A stretch of DNA of 64,000 nt from Tricharina praecox (Eukaryota): assembly GCF_024521635.1 (NCBI RefSeq), contig NW_026250413.1:62001-126000 (forward strand). The letters are read 5' to 3'. The notes below the pieces were generated by a model. The model saw only the letters and a program-made list of their open reading frames with translations, had not been told where the DNA came from and searched no databases. Positions 10,297 through 22,079 of this stretch are shown one piece after another. Numbering within the stretch: position 1 is the stretch's first letter; the number at the start of each line of letters is the position of its first letter. The translations under genes were made by a program, and so were the position numbers.

Positions 10297-12165
10297 TCAC
10301 CTTCCAAAGAGCCTCCCCTTCCAGCCCTTCTTCTCCTTCGAGCCACCACTACTGACCGTCTCTGCCCGTCCCAATCCCGGCCCAGAGCCATTATACGCCT
10401 CAACGCTCTCACTCTGCGCGCTCCCCCTGCGCCCACTCTTCAGCGCGCCCGAAATCTTCTCGCCCAGCACGCCCAGCGCCCACGTCGACCCCCTGCGTCC
10501 GCCGCCGTGCGCGTCCTCCGCCCCCGCCCCCGCCCCCGACCCCGCCGCATCCTCAAGCTTATCGACCCTACCCTTGTCTGACTCGTGATCCTCGCCATAC
10601 ACGCGACTGAACCTCAGCCCGCTCTCTCGCTTCTTCCCTGCGGTGGCGGCGGCTTTGCCATCGAACTGCATTGCGGCCAGGCGCTTCGTGAGTTCGCGGG
10701 GATCGACGACCGCGCCTTCGCCGCCGAATATGGAGTGCGGCGTTGACCAGCCGCTCACCGGCGTGGCGGAGCCGGTCGTCGCCAGCTCGTCCATCGCACC
10801 GCCCAGCGGCGTGGACGTCCGCAGTAGGTGCGTCCCCCCGCTACCGCTGCCGCCGACAGAGACGCGGAGCCACTCGAGGCCCACGGTGATCTCCTCCACA
10901 CGTCCACCAGGGATGTGTAGCGGGGTGGAGAGCGCCAGCGGCTTCAGGGTGTTGAGGCTGTTGACTTCCTCGCCGGTGCCGGCTCGCGGGTGGTCAAGGT
11001 TCAGCGGGGGGTAGATGAGCAGCGACTTTCCCATTGTCGCGACGGCGAGCGCGGGGTTGTATGAGACGCGGAGGTGAGCGCGCGGGGAGGGGAGCTCCGG
11101 TGCCGGGCGCAGATAGCGCACCTTGCTCGTTTTCGACTCGCCCTTGAGCTGGAACACGGAGATCTGCAGGGCCAGGCCGGCGCGGTACGCGTCGTCGCGC
11201 GGCGACTGCCACGCCACCAGCTCCTTCTCGCCCGGCGTCAGCTCGAAGCCCCAGTCTCTCTCCGCGGCGACGAATAGTGGTGCCATGGGTAGGTGGAACG
11301 CGCGCGTGGCTTCGCCCGTCCGCGCATCGACCAGGACGATTCGGTGCAGGTTGCCGTGCGCCGGGAATACCTCCGCGACGAATACGGTGCCGCCGCTGTC
11401 GTCCGCCTTCAGCTCGCGGATGTTCTCGCTGCGGATCGGGAGCGCGCTCGTGATCAGCTCCGTCTCCTTGTGGATATCGCGCAGCCGCGCGATCGTGAGC
11501 ACCCGCTTCCCGGTCGCCGCGACGACAGTGAGGAACGCTAGATAGTGCTCGTTGAATACCGGCCGAAGCCCCGCCACAGCTGCCCGCTCCGATAGGATCG
11601 GCGAGTTGAATAACGCGCTCCATAGCGTCCGCCCCTCTTTCCCGTCCAGGATCAGCGCGAGCGTCCCCACCCCCGCCGTGTCGGGGTACAGCAGTAGCAC
11701 CTTATCGCGCACGTGTACTATCTCGGGCGGCGGGGCGCTGGACGGCCCGCCGTCGCCCAGGTGCAGCGGCGCCGGGACGATGATGTTGAACTCTGGGTTT
11801 GCAAGCCAGCGCACGGAGATCTCGACTCGGCTGCGAGCCTCATCGACCGTGGTGGTCACGAGGACTCCCAGGTCGCCGTCGAAGTTAGAGGTGGTGGACG
11901 ATAGCTCGTGCGACTGGGTGTAGCCCAGGCTGACGATGCGACGGCGGCGCAGGAGGAGGGCGTTGAGGGTGTCGTAGGCATACTCGTGGACTGCGGGGGC
12001 GAACGGGAAGTGGTGGTGCAGGAGGAAGGCGCAGAGGGGCGGCGAAGCGAAGGTTTTGAAGGCGCTCCATGATACGCGGCGGAGGGAGGCGATGTCGTGA
12101 GGCGTTAGGTGCGTGCTCAGCAGCTGGAGCACCTCGACGGGCAGCGTGGTTAGGGAGTTCTTCAT
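10297..12165 (-). CDS. F-box-like domain protein, 622 aa, single exon
   Basis: Long ORF with N-terminal LTTLPVEVLQLLSTHLTPHDIASLRRVS, matching the F-box pattern (LxxLPxEvL..I...L...D...LrrVs). Beta-rich middle region and low-complexity C-terminus. Confidence 0.8.
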   Translation of the reverse strand: MKNSLTTLPVEVLQLLSTHLTPHDIASLRRVSWSAFKTFASPPLCAFLLHHHFPFAPAVHEYAYDTLNALLLRRRRIVSLGYTQSHELSSTTSNFDGDLGVLVTTTVDEARSRVEISVRWLANPEFNIIVPAPLHLGDGGPSSAPPPEIVHVRDKVLLLYPDTAGVGTLALILDGKEGRTLWSALFNSPILSERAAVAGLRPVFNEHYLAFLTVVAATGKRVLTIARLRDIHKETELITSALPIRSENIRELKADDSGGTVFVAEVFPAHGNLHRIVLVDARTGEATRAFHLPMAPLFVAAERDWGFELTPGEKELVAWQSPRDDAYRAGLALQISVFQLKGESKTSKVRYLRPAPELPSPRAHLRVSYNPALAVATMGKSLLIYPPLNLDHPRAGTGEEVNSLNTLKPLALSTPLHIPGGRVEEITVGLEWLRVSVGGSGSGGTHLLRTSTPLGGAMDELATTGSATPVSGWSTPHSIFGGEGAVVDPRELTKRLAAMQFDGKAAATAGKKRESGLRFSRVYGEDHESDKGRVDKLEDAAGSGAGAGAEDAHGGGRRGSTWALGVLGEKISGALKSGRRGSAQSESVEAYNGSGPGLGRAETVSSGGSKEKKGWKGRLFGR

Positions 12166-12852
12166 TGTTGCGGTGGGGGAGGCGAAACGGAACGAAATGT
12201 GCAGGTGATGTAATCGTGTGGGGAAGCGCTACAGAGAGTCTAGAGGTGCTCCACCCTGATCTGACAGGATGCAGGGGCCGAGGTAGACATCAACACACAA
12301 CACAGCAGAGATACCTAAACATATGGTCGAGAGAGGGGATTTCGGTCTTGTTTTCACGTTTAAGGCCATCGCTGGGAAACACGCTTAGGCTACCGTTATG
12401 TACCATTCAGGGTTTTAGGGGATTTGGGTCCATCGCGCGACTAGTGACTTCGCTGGAATCCATCCGACATGCTACGACCAAGATCTCCATTCCAGGTCGG
12501 CGTCCCAATTGTCTTGCATTTTATGGAGATCTGTCTCGGCCCAGCACGCCTGATCGTCCGTTTACCATCACGTGATCCATCGATACCTCTGCTGTAAAAG
12601 TTTGCACTTTCATGCGAATGAACACTTGCGGGATCAGCTGCCTGCCGTGAGAAGTGCCCCTCGCACTTGTGTCAGAGGAAAAGTTGCTTTTTAACGACCT
12701 TGTTTAATCGTTGATTTTTTTCCGTTTGATCATTAATTGTTTGCGACCAAAGGCACGGGCTTCGACGAATGGCGACTCGTGACCGGGTGATAACGCATGT
12801 AAAAATTGGCTCTCGCACTCATACAGCACTCGCTCTACCGGACTGAAGGCCA

Positions 12853-14774
12853 TCACATCGGCCTCGGTGGCAGCGGCGGCGCCCCCTCGCGATCAAAAAC
12901 ATACTCGACGCTGATCCCGAGCGTCCACTGGGCCACATCGCCCGCAATACCCACAATTCTGGCGCCGTTCGGCACGACCGCCTCCCTCGTCCCACCGCCC
13001 TTCCCGCCGAACATCTCCCCCCTCCTGTGAGATGTCACAACGCCCAGCGCGTCCACCCATGCACCGCTGCGCACAACGAACCCTCGCACCTCCTCGCCCT
13101 GCCCAAGGACGAAATCGTTTGCGCTGCCCCCGCGTTTTCCAAAGAGCGCGGATTCCCCCGTAGAGGATACAAATTCCAGCCCATCGAGGGCTGCGCCGGA
13201 GAAGATCCGGATGCAGTGGATGCGGCCGGCGGGAAGCATCGTGCGCTGGAAGGTGCCTTTTCCTGTGCCGACGGCGGGGGTGCGGAAGACCGTGCCCAGC
13301 ATGGGGTCAACGCGGGTGTGGCTGTGTAGCAGCTGTGCGGTCGATTCAATGGTGTGGTCGCTGATGTGCGACGAGGCGGCGAAGATGTTGATCTTGCTGT
13401 CGATTGCGAGTTGGGAGTGGGGGATGACGATCGAGTGTTGGTCGCGCGGTTGGATGGTGTTGGTGGGATGCTCGGAACCTTTTGTGCGGAACTCAAGGAA
13501 CAGGAGGGGAGAGTTCGTGCAGGTTATCAGGAGGCCGGAGGGCACAAGGGCGGCGGAGATTCCGCCTTGGGAAGAGAACGGGTCGGAGGGCAGCGCGAAA
13601 CAAGGATGCCGCACGAAACGGAGGGCGTCGAGGACGTGCCAGTGGCATTCTTTATTCGGAACCGACGGAGGGACGAGTACGCTGAACGAGCGCGCGATGC
13701 TCGTGTAGTCCCTCAACATCACGCCCGAGCTCTGGTGGGGACATCCGAAACCATGACCCACTTCGTGCATGAAAGCACCTAGATCCAGAGTCAGCATGCG
13801 ACCGTGCGCCACCAGGACTCGGAAGACTCACCGATGCCAACATTCGCCGCCATGTGGTACGTCTTCCCCTCGCAATCCACGCCGCAGAACTTCTGGTCCA
13901 CCATCCTAGTATCATTGAACGCCGGCACAACGGCCTCCACGCAACTCGGCCACGCAAACAACGAATGACTGCCAAAAATCCCCAACGAGAACCCACCCGC
14001 ATCCTGACTCCCCAAAGCCGCATGTCCACTGATCAGACTCCTCGCGCGATCCCACGTCGAGTCCAAAAACAACGCCGCAACGTGCTTCATCGCCCCAGGG
14101 AACTCCTCATGCGCTTTCAGCGCCTCGATAGCGATATCGAAAAGCCCCTTGCTCGCCTTCCCCCCCCTATTCTGCTGGGCACGATCCGGATCACGTATGT
14201 GCGCCACCGAGTAGCTCGATCTCAGCACAGTAATCTTCGCCGTGCTGCGTCGCGGAGTGTCGACTTTGCTCAGCGTATCGGGCAGCCACGCCTCGTCGAG
14301 GCGGAAGGTGCGGTGTCCGAAGCCCATGGCGTTCATTTCGGAGCCCGTGTACGCCTGCCAGAGGTACGCAGCCATCCGGAACTTCTTGATCGCCGTCTCG
14401 AGATTGGGCGGCTCGCCGCAGTTCGGGACATCGTCGTAGCGGAACGGCGAGTCCTTGCCGACTATGATGACGAGGTGCAGAGGCGGGTTCTGTAAAAGCG
14501 GGATGTAGGTCACATCGAAGACGGATTTGTAGCTGGCTCCCGGCAAAGAGGAAGGGCGGAAGTCGAGCGTTAAGCTGTTCTCGCCTGGAGAGAGGTGCAA
14601 GAGAGCTTTGAAGGCGCTAGCGCGCACGGGAAAGGTCTGGGCCGGGAAGGAGTACTTGTGCGTCGTGATCCAGAGGTCGCCATCCAATGAAGGGACTGGA
14701 ATGATGCCTGTGACGAGGAGCAGGCGCGAGTGCACGGTCGACGACGGGAGGTGGGAGGTGACTTCGGGAAGCAT
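12853..14774 (-). CDS. Putative zinc metallopeptidase with C-terminal jacalin-like lectin domain (yeast YIL108W-like family), 2 exons, ~622 aa
   Basis: Exon 1 14774-13832, intron 13831-13779 (GTGAGT…GCTGAC…TAG), exon 2 13778-12853. Zinc motif FMHEVGHGFGCPH. The C-terminal IRIFSGAALDGLEF…FGKRGG…VRSGAWVDALG…FGGKGGG is jacalin-like. Confidence 0.9.
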
Positions 14775-17141
14775 TTTAGTGAGGGGTATCTGGAGCTCGT
14801 GTAAGCGATTGCGGCAGAGCGTGAGGTCAGCTCCATGGCCAAGACTCTGCGGATCAACTGATGATGCGCGCGATGTCACTCCCAGCGTTGCCGGGTTGGG
14901 GCCGAACGGATAATTTTCGCTGGGCAGTGGGTACTAGAGGGGTTATTTCGAGGACCCGAGTGAATGATGGTGATATATGAGTTGGGTTACATGGCTGTTG
15001 TCTACCACCACAATGAGAGGAGCGAAGGACTATATTAGGGATCAGATAAGATAGCTGTGGCCACGAAGCGTCGAATGGTTGTGATAGCCGGACTAGCCGG
15101 ATTGGGTGGCATCGAACGTTACAGGCAGCGGAGGAGAGCCATATTCGATGGCTCTTCGAAGTTGAATAGAACCTCAACTTCTCCATCATCCTTCATTTTC
15201 GCCGTTTCCCTTCCAGGGCTACGTCAATGGCCGGCTCGACTAGTGGTAACAAAGCCCACCAGATACCCACTGCACTCGTCTAAATTACTACTACAGGTGC
15301 TTCTCTCACATTGCCCGGGTTTGACGAATCGGTTGCGGGACGGCATCAAGGTAGAATGAGTCCGTTGAGGTATCAGACGAGTGATGTATATCTCCGGACA
15401 CTTGGAATAGCGTCTTGGAATGTCACAACGTTCTAATCTTCATTGTTCGTGACAGACCACCACGACAACACACCGCAGAAAAACCTCGAATGACTCTTAA
15501 GAATACTCTAGAGCTCCACTGAGTCTCAATTTCTCATTTCCTACAAAAATTTCGAACTAATGGACCGTCCAGCCGTTATTGTGATTTCGAGCGGGAATGA
15601 CAATGAAGACATACATCGCCCGTCCGATATCCAAGATGCCTCAAGACGAAGAGTTCATTTCAAATCCGGTGCCAGTCATGTCTTCTTGCGACTTCCCCTC
15701 CAGTACCAGAGGCTAAGCTTCGGTGATAGACGATGATTCGTGGTGGTAAGTGAGCAAGCACTCGCGAATGTACCTTAACTACTCCGATTGCAAGCCACCA
15801 GCCAGCAAGCCCAACGGTAAAACGCCATGAGACGTTTATCTTGACCACGCGTATCCTCGCGAGTCTTATCTCGGCAATCAAAGACTGCGGGCACTAGAGA
15901 TAAGTCCCACGTGAACTCAGACGGTATCGAATGCGGCCGGACTCTTCCTCGGCCGACCCGGACCGCCGGAGCTTTCGGTAAGGTCTGGGCTTCCCGCGTG
16001 AGACATGCCCGAAAGGGCTCCGACCCAAATGGCATACGGTAGATGTGGAAACAAGAGCCTTTCCCGACCACACCGTAACCGGAAATAGGCACATACAACG
16101 CGAGTGCTCACGTACTTAACCGCCGATGCGCCCACTTCATGCAAATATCTGCTCTACCGGTACTGCCCGCCACCGGTAGCCAATTCGACAGCTTTGTGAG
16201 TACATGACCTCGAATGAATCGGCCCAGCTGGTCCCTCGCGGTATCCCGACGGCGAAGACAAGATTTACGGTACCAAACGGCGACCCAGGGCCCGACGAAC
16301 TGACGGGAACGTGGAGGGCCGATGAAGCCGTTCAAAGACTCCGACTCCTCTGTCTCCCAGTCAAAAGCTTCATTCCCAGCAGACGACCGACGAAATGGTC
16401 GGTATTCGGGCTCGCGATGCCGCATCGACAACCGGCGCCTTATTGCCGACGGCGAACGGATTCCGGCGAATCCACTCAATCGCAAGACAAAGCCCATAAG
16501 GCCATCATCAGAATCGTCTCGACGCATCGGCCTGAAGAATTTCTCGTATGCTACATCCACCGTGATGGAGATGTCCTGTTGGCTGCCAGCGTCTGCGGCG
16601 AAGGTCAGGGCTGGCTAGACTCCTTTGGTCGTGGCGCCAGAATCACGCCACACCGGATCATCTGTTGCCGAGACGTCGCAGGGCTGAACGGACCGGCTGC
16701 CGCTTCGGAACGAAACCGGCTGTTGGCGTCGGGCAACCGGAATATCCTCATACGGCATGACATCACCCAATTGGTGCGAGGGGCCAGTCAGCCAGCTGCC
16801 GTTCCGTTTGCGCGGCCGAAGCCACGATACGTTACCATATTTTTTATCTTACTATCGGTCAAGTTAGGGCTTGAGACTCCAGAGTGCTCCTTTTTGCGCG
16901 CGTTCTCTTCCCCACAAATACTCCACCTTCCCCGCTCTCTTTGCTTGTTCCTTCTCCACATCGTTCGATTGGCCCTTGACTGCGTCGATTGAGCCTGTAC
17001 TTCTCCACTCTTCCTCTCTTTCCTGTATCATCGTTGCGTCACGCACGGGAATCGTCGCCGCCTCGTTTTTGAACACCCGCACTCCGGTTTTATAAGTCAT
17101 ATTGAAAAGGCCCGCCTTCCATCGAAATCCATTCAACAAAC

Positions 17142-18852
17142 ATGTCACGAGCAGCAATGTGTTCCGCCGCCCTCAAGGCCCGCGTGAGACGGCCTTCTCT
17201 CTGGAACAAGCTCCACACCCCCGAGGAGCTACTCCACCACTTCCCTCCGGGAGCCTACATCGGATGGTCCGGTTTCACTGGTACGTGGGAATCAAGCTCT
17301 CTGCCTTTCGCCGGGTGGGTTGCGTGACGATGTCTAACCGAGCACAGGTGTCGGCTACCCGAAGGTCCTCCCCATCGCACTCGCCGACCACGTCGAGAAG
17401 AACAACCTCCAGGGCCAGAGTAAGTACTCGCTCTTCGTCGGTGCCTCGTCCGGCGCCGAGACCGAGAACCGATGGGCCGCATTGGACATGATCCACCGAC
17501 GGGCACCCCACCAGGTTGGAAAGTCTATCTCCAAGGGTATCAACGAGGGACGGATCAACTTCTTTGACAAGCACTTGTCCATGTTCCCCGGTGACCTCCT
17601 CTACGGATACTACACCAAGGACCGGCCAAACAACCGCCTCGACGTCGCCGTCATTGAGGCTACCGCCATCACCGAGGATGGTGGTATCATCCCCGGTGCC
17701 TCGGTCGGCGCCTCCCCCGAGATCATCCAGATGGCCGAGAAGATCATCATCGAGGTTAACACCTTGACCCCCAACATGGAGGGTCTGCATGATATCGTCA
17801 TGGGCGATCTCCCTCCCCACCGCAAGCCGTACCTGATCATGAGCACCGAGGACCGTATCGGTACACGCCACATCCCCGTCGACCCCGACAGGATCGTCGC
17901 CATCGTCGAGTCCCGTCTTCCTGACATGACCAACGACAACGCGCCCGAGGATGCGACCTCGCAGGCCATTGCCAGGAACCTGATCGAGTTCCTCAAGGGT
18001 GAGGTCCAGGCCAAGCGCCTGCCCAGCTCCCTCCTACCCCTGCAGTCCGGAATCGGCAACATCGCCAACGCCGTCATCGGCGGGCTCGCCAAGGGTGACA
18101 ACGACTTCCACAACCTGACGGTGTGGACCGAGGTGCTCCAGGACTCGTTCCTGGACCTGTTCGACTCCGGTGTCCTCGACTTCGCCACCGCGACGTCGAT
18201 CCGCTTCTCTCCCGACGGGTTCAAGCGCTTCTACCGCGACTGGGACAATTACTACAACAAGCTGATCCTGCGTCCGCAGACGGTGTCGAACCACCCGGAG
18301 ATCATCCGCCGCCTCGGAGTTATCGGCATGAACACCCCCGTCGAGGTCGACATCTACGGCCACGCCAACTCCACCTGCGTCAACGGCTCCCGCATGCTCA
18401 ACGGCCTCGGCGGATCCGCCGACTTCCTGCGCAGCGCTAAGATCTCGATCATGCACACGCCCTCCAGCCGCCCCACCAAGACCGACCCGCACGGAATCTC
18501 CTGCGTCGTCCCCATGGCCTCGCACGTCGACCAGACCGAGCACGACATCGAGTAAGCCCCCTCCCTCACCCCCCCCCTCTTAACCCACGCACTAACCCCC
18601 CGTAGTCTCTTCGTAACGGAACAGGGTTTCGCCGACGTCCGCGGCCTCTCCCCCCGCGAGCGTGCCCGTGTCATCATCGACCGCTGCGCCCACCCAGAGT
18701 ACAAGCCCATGCTCCTCGACTACTTCAACACCGCGGAGCAGATCTGCCTGCGCAAGGGCGCTGGCCACGAGCCCCACATGCTCAAGAACGTCTTTGCTAT
18801 GCACACGGCGCTCGAGGAGACCGGAAGCATGAAGAATGCTAACTGGAGATAA
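17142..18852 (+). CDS. ACH1: Acetyl-CoA hydrolase / CoA-transferase, 3 exons, 529 aa
   Basis: Exons 17142-17280, 17348-18551, 18606-18852 are in frame. Conserved motifs: [61 protein letters not shown]. Confidence 0.97.
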
Positions 18853-19916
18853 ATAAAACGGGGTGATGTGTGGGGATGGTGATGTGTGGGGATGGTGATG
18901 AGTGGGGGAGTGGGAGTGGGAGAGTGGGATTTTTGTAAATATTGAAGGGAAGGGATGGGAGTTGGGTGATATTAACAGCGTTCGGTTTCTACTTTCCGGG
19001 TGATGTGGCAGTGAGAGGACGTGAAGTGAAGTGAAATGATTGTCCGTCGAGGGTAAAATGCTGATGTGCTTGACTGGGAGTTCATAGTGTCTCACACGGT
19101 GTAGCCTGTTTACCGCCATGTCCAACACTTACGCCCTAGAGGCCAATGCACGGCGCTGAGCCTCGAGCCTAGACCCTCAACCCGTGACGCTCATCCCCAG
19201 CGCGCCCTCCCTCCCACCGGCCGCGAGTTAGGGCGGGGTAGTATCACTCGCGAGCACTCGGATAAATCCAGCTTCGCCACGCATCATGGATCCAGCCGCA
19301 CATCGAAGTAGAATAACGAGGGGCTATGAACGACAGTACAGTATGTACCTAGTTAGTCCGCAGCTCCAGCACCAGCGGGGGACCCAAAGCCGTACCTGGG
19401 CGTCGCCGAGTGAGCACCCCGCGAACCCTTCCGCCACAGCCGTGGCGTGCATACCACACGTTGTGGTACTACGTATCATACTGCAAGACAAGGCAAGACA
19501 AGGCAACGCAGCACAACGCAACTGTGGCCGGCCAATGGCGACTGGGTACCTACCCCGCCAGCCAGTCAGACAGCCAGCCAGCCAGCCAGCCAGACAGACA
19601 GACAGACAGATAGACAGCAAGCCACCTATCCAGTCCCGTAGCCATACGGTCTCCTGGATCTTTATGCTGGTCCCAATCATGGCCGGATGTCAATTGCGTT
19701 TGTGAGGCTCACATCGGGTCACCAATGCATGCACGCGGAGAATGCCGTGGAAAATGCCAGCTAGTTATCTCACAGAATCCAGAAGGATAGATAGATAGCT
19801 GAGGCTATCTAATCAGAAAGATAGGGAAGCCACCTAAATCTCTCTCAAGAGAGAGGGTAGAAACCGCTTTTATCACTCGCAAGGCCGAAGGGTTCAACGG
19901 TTGCGTTTGTTCTACA

Positions 19917-20163
19917 TACCGAGGCTTTCGACTCTCCACTCTAGCTCAGCTGCGCAACCTTTCTCGGAAGTTACGGTGCACAGCCCACGGTCCTAACTCC
20001 AGACAACAGGCTCGGCGTGGAAGCCCGTCTCCCTCCGCCTAGGCCGGCACCGAGAAGTGATGAACGCACCATGCAGACACAGAGAACGGGTGAAGAACAA
20101 AGTGCAGTGTCCGACCACTTCTCTGCAGTGTGCTACTGGTATATCTGGGTCGACCTAGGTATC
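19917..20163 (-). repeat. Dispersed ~250-bp repeat, copy 2 (inverted relative to 165-425)
   Basis: Alignment by eye to the reverse complement of 165-425. Confidence 0.85.
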
Positions 20164-20520
20164 CTCGTATGTATGTGCCAGTTTCCGACCCGATCCCTCA
20201 TAGGCACCTACCTATGTCCACGCGCTCGCCCCAACAGTGGTATCCCTGAGACGGAGGAGATATTGAGAGTACATACGTCGCTTCTTCCAGAGCACATCTC
20301 TTGTTGGAAGACTCGGTGCGTCGAAGCAGGAGATGTATACCGCAGCGTGAGACGGAAGAATCATTCAGACGCCCAGCTGCGGGGCCGTCAGGGGGTGTAT
20401 CGGGGAAGCAGAATAGGCACCTACTTAACGGGCGTCACGTCGTCTCAGTTGTTATTGTCCTATCGCGGGGTGGCACCCACCACTTCATATTTTCCAATTT
20501 GCTGTTTCCATCACGGAAAA

Positions 20521-20603
20521 AACCCCTGGTCCAGTGGTCTAGGGCCACGCAATCGACGAGGGGAGCTGAGGGAAAGTCTCCGGTTCAAAACCGGGTAAAT
20601 GCC
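20521..20603 (+). pseudogene. Degenerate tRNA-like sequence (possible tRNA pseudogene or SINE head)
   Basis: A-box-like tggtccagtggtctagg and a T-arm/B-box tccgg-ttcaaaa-ccggg followed by a T-rich stretch. The acceptor and anticodon stems do not pair convincingly. Confidence 0.35.
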
Positions 20604-20744
20604 TTATTTATTCAGCTCTTGGGGTTTCCAAGCCACCCGCCGGGGTGGTGATGGTTTTTGTTTTTGGCATCACGGGTGGAGCATGGGATATCACTCGGAA
20701 ATATGGTATCACGTGATACGCTTTGCGCTGTCACCTGTGGAGGT

Positions 20745-20870
20745 GATAGGCTGCATGCGAAATAAACTGAAGATCTCTCTCTCTCTCTCTCCCCATGTGG
20801 AGGTTAGGACGGGTGGATAATTTCCATGATTTAGATACCATGCATTAAATCAATGAATAAACCAAAAAAA
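20745..20870 (-). mobile_element. Degenerate terminal fragments of the long-TIR repeat family
   Basis: gataggctgcatgcgaaataaactgaagatctctctctc resembles 4750-4796. ccatgatttagata…tcaatgaataaacc resembles 40706-40745. Confidence 0.55.
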
Positions 20871-22079
20871 ATGTGGAGGTAAGCAAGAGGTTGAGGTCAC
20901 TCCCGTTATTCCTCCCGACTGCGCGTTACTTCCTTCGTGGCATCTCCTGATGACACTGATCTGCCTCCGCCCACCGATTTCAATACCTCTCCAGCTACTA
21001 GTAGTCTAGTCGGTACTTTAAATTCAACCTCTGGGCGAATCTTCTTTGAACATGCAGTTACGATAGCATCGTGATACAGCCCTAAGTATTTCTCTCGACG
21101 GGATACCTACTTAGGTACGAGTGCTGGTGCGAGAGTACGAGTGCGAGGTGGGTGTGAGTGGGAGGTGGATTGTGGGAGTGGGATCATTGACTCATCGGTG
21201 CTCACTCACTCACTCACTCTTGATTGATAGATTGATTGATTGTTCATACAGCATGGAACCCGAAGGTTATGGCCGATAGAGATATCTACAATAAAACATT
21301 TCGATAAAGAAATTCCACCACCAATTCCATACAGAAATGACAAGCCTAATCCCTTCGCCTCGCAATATCTGAAAGTGAGCTTCCGAAGAGGCTCGGATTG
21401 TCGGTTTTGCGCTGTAGCGGCGCGTCGTAGCCCTCCTCTTCTCCAAAAGGTACCTCCACTCGGTACTACCCTCAACATAATCAGTCTAGCGCACACGGTA
21501 TGGTGCTCGAAAGGAATCGTCGTCTCGGGGTTTGCGTCGACTCATCGGCGCTCACTCACTCACTCTTATTCCGAGTCTCGAATAAGTTGGTTCGACTTCA
21601 TCGGCGCATAGCGTCGACTCTATGTAGAGTATCGGAGAATGGCTATCGACTTCATCTTCGATGGACAACTTTTGGTTCACGGGCTCTAGTAGGTATTCTG
21701 CGGGACTCAACAGCTCGAGCAATCACAAAGTTTTTATATTCTCGAATCGACCTCCGCCATCGACCTCCTTCATCACACCATCGCATCCAGTCTATCAACC
21801 ATCATTCATCATCTTTCATCCATCGCCCCTCGTCCCCTCATCCATCGCCCCTCTCCCCCCACTCCAAAAAGATTACTCCAAAACTCCGCATCAGGCATTA
21901 CACATTACGTATCTACCCCATCCATGCGGAAACACTCACCTCCAAGAAGAACAATCCAAATCGAAAAAGAAAAAAGAAACAAGAAATAACTCCATACCCC
22001 AAAAAAGACCGTGATCCATGCAAGCATTCCGTTCCATCCCATCATCCCTCTCATTAATCATCAATCATTCTTCCATCCT

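Noticed and set aside
15540..16992. ORFs 16108-16560(-) and 16204-16992(+) upstream of ACH1
   Set aside because: No recognisable motif or consistent splice model. It may be a decayed gene, but I cannot support a call.
1286..18852. P450 + thioesterase + ACH1 (and the desaturase) as a biosynthetic gene cluster
   Set aside because: No PKS/NRPS/terpene backbone gene, the genes are dispersed, ACH1 and FAD2 are housekeeping, and the P450 is interrupted.
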